Of a DNA stretch of 64,000 nt, positions 58,150 to 64,000 are shown one piece after another (position 1 is the stretch's first letter; each line of letters starts with the position of its first letter). Origin of the DNA: Oceanispirochaeta sp. (lineage in GTDB: Bacteria > Spirochaetota > Spirochaetia > DSM-2461). The DNA is taken from the NCBI GenBank assembly GCA_963666275.2, contig CAXXOA010000003.1, positions 1 to 64,000 of the forward strand, given 5' to 3'. The position numbers and the translations under genes are program-made. The notes under the pieces were generated by a model, which saw only the letters and a program-made list of their open reading frames with translations, had not been told where the DNA came from and ran no database searches.

Positions 58150-59433
58150 ATGTCTGTTGTTCTGATCTGTCTTGCTGCTATTGTGGCTGTCATCGTTATC
58201 GGGGCTAAAACAAAAACCAATATCGGTTTATGGGCCATTGGTGCGGCTTATCTGATCGGTGTTTTTGTATTGGGTCTGTCTCCCAGGGATATCATAGGTG
58301 TCTTTCCCACCAGATTGTTCCTGCTGCTTTTCTCTGTCACCCTGTTTTACGGATTTGCTGTTCTCAACGGGACTCTGGAAGCTGTGGCAAAAAAGGTTGT
58401 CTACTCAGTAAGAGATATCCCCTGGGCTATTCCTATCGCTCTGTTCCTGCTGTCCTTCATAATGTCCGCCATCGGTGCAGGCGACGGAGCCACCGTGATG
58501 ATGATCCCCATCGGACTTTCCATTGCGAAAGTGACAGGCATGAATAATATCCTGGCGGCGGTATCCTGCGTTTCCGGTATCAGTATGGGTGGGTTCTCCC
58601 CGATCAGTACTGCCGGTATCTTCCTCCGGGAGATGGCGGAACGGGCAGGGGGACACTCTATCGCAGAGGTTAACAGCTACGGTAACCATGCCTTCTTTCA
58701 GGTCTGTTTGCTCTTTACCCTGGTATTCATTATTGCCTACTTTGTCTTCAAGGGTTACAAAATCGAAGCCCCTGTTCTGGACAAACCAGAACCCTTTGAA
58801 AAAGAACAGAAAAGGAACCTCGGTATTATCGTAGGATTTGTACTTGTACTGGTTATCGGACCTGTCCTGGGAAAGATTTTCCCCGGAAGTCCCGGAATCG
58901 TAAAAATTGCCAGAGGGATCTATCTGACATGGATCGCTTTCATCGGATCCATCTTTGCTACCCTGCTGAAAGTAGGCGACGAGAAAATGGCTTTCAAAAG
59001 GGTTCCCCTTTCTGCTCTGACCACTCTCTGCGGTATGGGGACACTGATCGGTATCGTCAGCAAATCCGGAGCAATTGAAATGGTTTCCGGTTACCTCTCC
59101 CAGAGTGTGCCCGCACCTCTGGTTCCCATCATGCTGGGACTGATCGCCGGTATTATGAGCCTCTTTGTGAGCGGATTTGTTGTGAACACCACGTTCTTTG
59201 CTCTTGTACCGACTCTTGCTATGGGAACAGGTATGGTTTCTGGCTTCCTGTACTCGGCTGTCGCTGTGGGTGGTATGTCTACTGCTGTATCCCCCTTCTC
59301 CGGATCGGGCGGTCTTGTGGTTGCCAGTGTGGAAGAAGAACATCATAGAAATAAGATCTTCAACTTCCTCCTTATCTGGCCCTTTTTCAATCTGGCAGTA
59401 TATCTTGTCATTGTAGCACTTGGTATTTACTAA
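58150..59433 (+). CDS. SLC13/IT-superfamily carboxylate transporter
   Basis: About 12 TM segments, NGTLE, duplicated SPIS/SPFS hairpin motifs. Confidence 0.8.
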   Translation: MSVVLICLAAIVAVIVIGAKTKTNIGLWAIGAAYLIGVFVLGLSPRDIIGVFPTRLFLLLFSVTLFYGFAVLNGTLEAVAKKVVYSVRDIPWAIPIALFLLSFIMSAIGAGDGATVMMIPIGLSIAKVTGMNNILAAVSCVSGISMGGFSPISTAGIFLREMAERAGGHSIAEVNSYGNHAFFQVCLLFTLVFIIAYFVFKGYKIEAPVLDKPEPFEKEQKRNLGIIVGFVLVLVIGPVLGKIFPGSPGIVKIARGIYLTWIAFIGSIFATLLKVGDEKMAFKRVPLSALTTLCGMGTLIGIVSKSGAIEMVSGYLSQSVPAPLVPIMLGLIAGIMSLFVSGFVVNTTFFALVPTLAMGTGMVSGFLYSAVAVGGMSTAVSPFSGSGGLVVASVEEEHHRNKIFNFLLIWPFFNLAVYLVIVALGIY

Positions 59434-59460
59434 GATATAACAGTTATTTATTGCTCAACA

Positions 59461-59490
59461 GGCTCCGGGATTATTCCGGGGCCTTTTTTT
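59461..59490 (+). terminator. Intrinsic terminator
   Basis: GGCTCCGGGA-tta-TTCCGGGGCC + T-run. Confidence 0.8.
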
Positions 59491-59531
59491 ACTTTTCTTG
59501 AGGGATCGCATAAAGAAATGGACTGTATATG

Positions 59532-60062
59532 CTAATTCACCATCCAGGCATCATAAATTACACCCGGTGTTCTCCTTGATATGACGCATCCGAATGCCAC
59601 TCGTTTGTTCAGCCAGCTGTATTTTACTGAGGATGTTTCAAAGAAAAGGTGCTGTTTGAAATAGTAGTTTTCGGGAGCCACAGGTTCTCTGGCAGTCCTT
59701 TTCTTAAGAATCTCTTCACTTTGAGTGGCATAACCTTTCGTATAAATGCTGATTATGGCTCCGTCATCAGTTTTCAGGATATAGCGGGTATCAATATTTT
59801 TTGTTGTTTTTGAATTGTGACTAGTCGTATTCCAGTCCGCTCCTTCCGGGAGGACTTCACCTTTTAATCGGGGCCCTTCAAAGCGGCCGCCGGTAATGGA
59901 TATAATTTTAAGAAATCCTCCATCCACAGAGCCGACTTCAATGGGTAAAGCTACATCCACAACTATTCTGTATAGAAACTCAAGATTGGGGGCGGGGGGA
60001 GCAAACCCGTTGCCTTCCTGTATAGAATACTCTTCAAATTCATTGCTTAGTGTTGCTTTCAT
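59532..60062 (-). CDS. DUF3237 protein
   Basis: ITGGRFEGPRLKGEVLPEGADW, RYILKTDDGA, FETSSVKYSWLN. Confidence 0.88.
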   Translation of the reverse strand: MKATLSNEFEEYSIQEGNGFAPPAPNLEFLYRIVVDVALPIEVGSVDGGFLKIISITGGRFEGPRLKGEVLPEGADWNTTSHNSKTTKNIDTRYILKTDDGAIISIYTKGYATQSEEILKKRTAREPVAPENYYFKQHLFFETSSVKYSWLNKRVAFGCVISRRTPGVIYDAWMVN

Positions 60063-60066
60063 TTAT

Positions 60067-60909
60067 TTATGCCTCAATAATTTCTTTAATCATTTTAATT
60101 CTTTTATCAATCAGATCGGGCCATACTGCAGGATTCTGGAACGGGTTGTGCCCGGGGGTTATGGAATCCACTTTCTCAAGCATATTTATCTGGCCCGGAT
60201 GGGATCCCAGAGTTATCTCTACGTTAAAATCCCGAACCTTGCGCATACTTTCCAGATACTCCTGACGGGATGTCTCGGGAAGATTGAACTCCTTAAGGAA
60301 ATCATCAGTCAGAGTATTGACTCCAACGCCGCCATGAAGGCCGCATTTATAGACTCTGCCTTCTTCATCCTCCGCATCGAAAAAGAAGGAGGTCGTTCCC
60401 GGTGTATGACCGGGCGTATGGACCGTATGAACTGTTCTGTCTCCCAGAACCACGGGCCTGTCATCAGAGAAAAACGCGTCTGCTTCAAAGTCACCGCAGG
60501 GATAATTTTCTGACAGGAGAAGCTCCGGTCTTTCTTTCAGCATATCAGAGTCTTCTTTCGCCATATAGAGCCTGGCACCGCTGGCTTCCAGGATTGCTCT
60601 GATACCTCCTGCATGATCATAATGGGCATGAGAGAGGAGAAGGAGTTTTATGTTCCCGGGATCAAATCCAAGCATTCGGATGCTTTCAAAAACCAGATAC
60701 ACCTGAGGCTGCATGGTTGAATCTATCAGAATCAGTCCGTCCGAGGTTTCAAGCAGGTAGGCTCCAACCCAGCTGTTTCCAACATACCAGGTACGGGGAG
60801 CCACCTTGAAAGGGGCAACGGCAACTTCCCAGGGGCGTTCACAGCCCTGTTTCAGAAAGTCATACGGATTCGTCAGGGGCTGCTGAAGTTTGGACTTATT
60901 CATATTCAA
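60067..60909 (-). CDS. Cytoplasmic MBL-fold hydrolase (subclass B3-like)
   Basis: SHAHYDH, TPGHTPG, GSHP; no signal peptide. Confidence 0.85.
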   Translation of the reverse strand: MNMNKSKLQQPLTNPYDFLKQGCERPWEVAVAPFKVAPRTWYVGNSWVGAYLLETSDGLILIDSTMQPQVYLVFESIRMLGFDPGNIKLLLLSHAHYDHAGGIRAILEASGARLYMAKEDSDMLKERPELLLSENYPCGDFEADAFFSDDRPVVLGDRTVHTVHTPGHTPGTTSFFFDAEDEEGRVYKCGLHGGVGVNTLTDDFLKEFNLPETSRQEYLESMRKVRDFNVEITLGSHPGQINMLEKVDSITPGHNPFQNPAVWPDLIDKRIKMIKEIIEA

Positions 60910-60934
60910 TATCTCCTTTTTAATTAATATTCCT

Positions 60935-61879
60935 TCAGTTCTGGATAGGGGTTTGATTATTTTTCAGCACTTTATCAAAGAATGCCAGAATCTTTTCTTT
61001 GGTCTGTTCCTGAAAAAATTCGCGTGTACCATGACCGCCGTTTATAATCCGGATAAGATCCACCCTGTCTTCCAATCCTTTTTCTGCAATTTTTTCATAT
61101 AACTCTTCACTCTGCTCGAAAGGTACCAGAGGATCCTGATCTCCGTGAAGGATAATCATGGGACACATGGAGTCAGTGATGTAATTGACCGGGCTGGCAT
61201 CATGGAGTTTGGGCCAGGCTTCCGGTCCGTCTTCACCAACAAGTGCTCCGCCATGGGTCTCTCCTATACTCTTCCAGCGGTAGTCGGGGTTGTTTTTTAT
61301 CTCTTCCAAATCCATTTCCAGCAGTTTTACTAGATTGGCGGGACCGAAGAGATTGCAGCAGGCCTGGACTTTTGATGAAAATCCGTTCCACTCATCCGAT
61401 ATATTATCCTCCAAATTCATAGAGGCCATTGTGGAGAGATAACCGCCGGCAGATCTGCCGATAATACCGATATTCTCCGGATCTATCAGATATTCATCTG
61501 CATGGGCGCGAAGGAACCGGACGGCTGTTTTTACATCGATTATCTGATCGGGATAGTGGCCCTGGGCGCTGCTGCGGTAGTAAATGGATGCAACAACGTA
61601 ACCTGCCTCTGCAAGGAACTGCATCTCGGATACCATAAGGTTCTTATCGCATCCCCGGAAACCGCCGCCGGGAACCCAGACGATAAGGGGTTTCCGGGCC
61701 GATTCGGCCTCGTCATCCAGTCCTGCGGCAAGGCGCATTTCGCTATTGCCGTTCTGTACCATAATTGACAGAAGCAGATCCATGGGATTTCCATTCAGGT
61801 CTGTGACATGGGAATAGCAGATATTGTCCAGAAAATTGATACTTCTCCTTTCTTTTCCCGGATCGAGATCATATTTCAT
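60935..61879 (-). CDS. Alpha/beta hydrolase esterase
   Basis: PGGGF, GRSAG, HGDQDPLVP, GGHG. Confidence 0.88.
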   Translation of the reverse strand: MKYDLDPGKERRSINFLDNICYSHVTDLNGNPMDLLLSIMVQNGNSEMRLAAGLDDEAESARKPLIVWVPGGGFRGCDKNLMVSEMQFLAEAGYVVASIYYRSSAQGHYPDQIIDVKTAVRFLRAHADEYLIDPENIGIIGRSAGGYLSTMASMNLEDNISDEWNGFSSKVQACCNLFGPANLVKLLEMDLEEIKNNPDYRWKSIGETHGGALVGEDGPEAWPKLHDASPVNYITDSMCPMIILHGDQDPLVPFEQSEELYEKIAEKGLEDRVDLIRIINGGHGTREFFQEQTKEKILAFFDKVLKNNQTPIQN

Positions 61880-62000
61880 AATAGTTAACTCCAGATAAAT
61901 AGTTGATCAACAGGATCTATTAAGGCAAAAAACAGGTGTATCCTGAGACAGGGGTTCTCAGATGCACCTGTTAAACAATAGGGCGGTTTCTGTATCCGGT

Positions 62001-62984
62001 TTATTTCAGACCGAGTATAGCCGCAGTTTCTCCGATTTTCCTGTCTCCTTCGACAAGACGGGTTTCACTGTCTGCCAGAGGAAGGTACCGGAGGGGCATA
62101 TGCATTTTATCAAACTGACCGGAAACGGCAGGATCTGACATAACTTCCTTAAATGCAAGGTTGACCTTTTCTGCTACAGCAGGATCTAAACCGGCGGGGC
62201 CGAGAATAAAAAAGTCCAGACCGTACACAGCGCTTTCATATCCCAGCTCATAAAGGGAGGGATAGTCAGGAGCACCCGGATCTCTTTCAGAAAAACCTGC
62301 TATGGTTGCCAGAATGTTCAGCTTGTCTGCTTCGGCATACTGAAGAGCTCCCGGTGTGTTAACAAATGCCGCATCGATGGTGCCGCCCTGAACTGCTACC
62401 AGTTTGTCCGCATCGGAACCTGCTTCGACGATTTTGAACTGGGCATCACTGTCTTTAATAAGAAGGCCTGCCATAAAGTGGGAAGAACCTTTCAGCTGTA
62501 CACCCAGTGTAATTTTGCCCGGGTTCGTTCTGGTTGCGGCAATGAGATCTTCAATAGAACTGTAGGGTGAGTCCGGGCCGACAACTAAAGAATAGCTTCC
62601 GTCTACGGGCATGACAGCACAGGTTGTAAACTCTTCAGACGGGGAGTGGTCATACTGACCTGTGTGGTAGCTGGAGAACATTCCGGAGTGGTAGAACAGA
62701 ATTGTGCTTCCGTCAGTTTTGGAATTTCTTACTGTTTCAGATGCGACGCTTCCTCCACCGGAAGGCTGATTGACCACAACAAAGGGTTTTCCCAATTTTT
62801 CCTGCAGTGCCTTTGCCAGGATTCGGGCTGCCGCATCTGTACCGCCCCCTGCCTTTGCAGGAACTACAAACTGAACACTGCCCTTGGGCCATTCCGCTCC
62901 GTTTCCGGACTTTTCAGACTGGCCTTCCGCAAATGCGGAGAGAGTCAGAATCGATAGAACTAAAATACTAATAATTTTCTTCAT
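62001..62984 (-). CDS. tctC: Tripartite tricarboxylate transporter binding protein
   Basis: VVPAKAGGGTDAAAR, VVVNQPSGGG. Confidence 0.9.
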   Translation of the reverse strand: MKKIISILVLSILTLSAFAEGQSEKSGNGAEWPKGSVQFVVPAKAGGGTDAAARILAKALQEKLGKPFVVVNQPSGGGSVASETVRNSKTDGSTILFYHSGMFSSYHTGQYDHSPSEEFTTCAVMPVDGSYSLVVGPDSPYSSIEDLIAATRTNPGKITLGVQLKGSSHFMAGLLIKDSDAQFKIVEAGSDADKLVAVQGGTIDAAFVNTPGALQYAEADKLNILATIAGFSERDPGAPDYPSLYELGYESAVYGLDFFILGPAGLDPAVAEKVNLAFKEVMSDPAVSGQFDKMHMPLRYLPLADSETRLVEGDRKIGETAAILGLK

Positions 62985-63038
62985 AATATGCTCCTTTCGT
63001 ATAACGTTAAGATCCTTTGGGATCTCTAATTCCATGGT

Positions 63039-64000
63039 TTAGGCTTTTTCTCTCAGTTTCCGGATAGCATCCTTGATATAGGGCCATACAACGCTGAAAA
63101 CGGCCGCAGCCAGAAGCAGTCCTGAAATAGGACGGGTAAAGAAGGGCATAATACCCTGGTCGGTATAGGTAAATCCCTTTCTGAGATTGGATTCCAGCAT
63201 GGGCCCCAGGATAAAACTGAGAATAAAGGGGCTTGTGGGTATCTTGACGATATCAAAGAGGAATCCCAGAGCAGCAAAACTCAGAAGCAGGACAAAGTTA
63301 AAAGCTGTGCTGGAGCTGATGAATACACCGACAAAACCGAGAACAATAATAACCGGATAGAGGTAGTAGTAGGGGATCTTCAGTATCATTGGAAAGAGTC
63401 TCATTCCGAAAAACTGCTGAAACAGTACCAGAATTGACGCAAAAAGGGCAGTTCCAAAGAGGGTGAAGACGATGGCTGGATTATTGGTGAAAAGCAGTGG
63501 TCCCGGCTGAATTCCATGGATCATCAGACCGCCCAGCAGAATCGCTGTTGTTCCGTCTCCGGGTATCCCCAGGGCAACCATGGGAATCAGAGATCCGCCG
63601 ACAGAAGCATTGTTGGAAATTTCCGATGCGAACACACCGTCAACAATACCGGTACCGAATTTTTCCGGATGTTTGGAACTGCTTTTTGCCTGGGCATAGG
63701 CCACCATATTGGAGAGGGCTGCTCCCATTCCCGGAAGGAAACCGATCCAGAGTCCGATAAAAAACGACCTGATCAGGTTCCAGATATTATCAATATACTC
63801 TTTAAGGGTAACACCGAATCCGGTGATGTTTTTCATATCCACAGGGGGAAGTTCCTTCTGGCCTTTCCCATAGTCCAGTACAATCTGTTTGATAGCAAAA
63901 AGTCCAAGCATCAGAGAGATCAGGTCGAACCCTCCGTTCAGATAAATATTTCCAAATGCAAAGCGGGGATACCCGTCAATAGGCGCAAAACCGACGGAGC
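63039..64000 (-). CDS. tctA: Tripartite tricarboxylate transporter permease, 5' end beyond window
   Basis: GFLPGMGA, SEISNNA, LGIPGDG, GIQPGPLLF; frame open to the window end. Confidence 0.92.
   Translation of the reverse strand, partial: SVGFAPIDGYPRFAFGNIYLNGGFDLISLMLGLFAIKQIVLDYGKGQKELPPVDMKNITGFGVTLKEYIDNIWNLIRSFFIGLWIGFLPGMGAALSNMVAYAQAKSSSKHPEKFGTGIVDGVFASEISNNASVGGSLIPMVALGIPGDGTTAILLGGLMIHGIQPGPLLFTNNPAIVFTLFGTALFASILVLFQQFFGMRLFPMILKIPYYYLYPVIIVLGFVGVFISSSTAFNFVLLLSFAALGFLFDIVKIPTSPFILSFILGPMLESNLRKGFTYTDQGIMPFFTRPISGLLLAAAVFSVVWPYIKDAIRKLREKA

Noticed and set aside
60067..60909. Antibiotic-resistance metallo-beta-lactamase
   Set aside because: No signal peptide and embedded in a catabolic operon; the fold alone is insufficient.

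Overview
64 kb of what is probably a free-living anaerobic spirochaete chromosome (inferred from a BB0323-like LysM lipoprotein and spirochaete-style REP hairpins). (1) Bases 1-~6155 are one end of an integrated mobile element: a CHC2-Toprim-ATPase primase/helicase running off the window, ParA, two paralogous small proteins, a divergent XRE repressor, a probable SymR/CopA-like antisense RNA over a leader uORF, BrnTA, a structured non-coding tract, a 59-bp attC-like site and an AT-rich headless Rhs toxin tip plus membrane immunity gene. The Rhs fragment starts at the conserved GLYYFNARWYD motif directly behind a host terminator. (2) ~6.2-38 kb is mainly carbohydrate uptake and regulation: rhamnose ABC + RhaM, dihydropyrimidinase, a YesM/YesN-like two-component system, a soluble chemoreceptor, a LacI-ABC operon with two FAD oxidoreductases, a RAYT with REPs, a sugar isomerase/PfkB/MtlD operon, Sua5, ArsR/permease and ribulokinase. 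(3) ~37.8-64 kb is an anaerobic aromatic/organic-acid island: phenyllactate dehydratase-like fldAIBC + CoA ligase, a FAD/Fe-S/FAD trio, a URO-D-family protein, a MerR-controlled glycyl radical enzyme with an atypical GCLD motif plus activase and transporter, DUF3237, an MBL hydrolase, an esterase and TctA/TctC. No rRNA, tRNA or CRISPR array was seen. All family assignments come from recognised motifs, not database searches.
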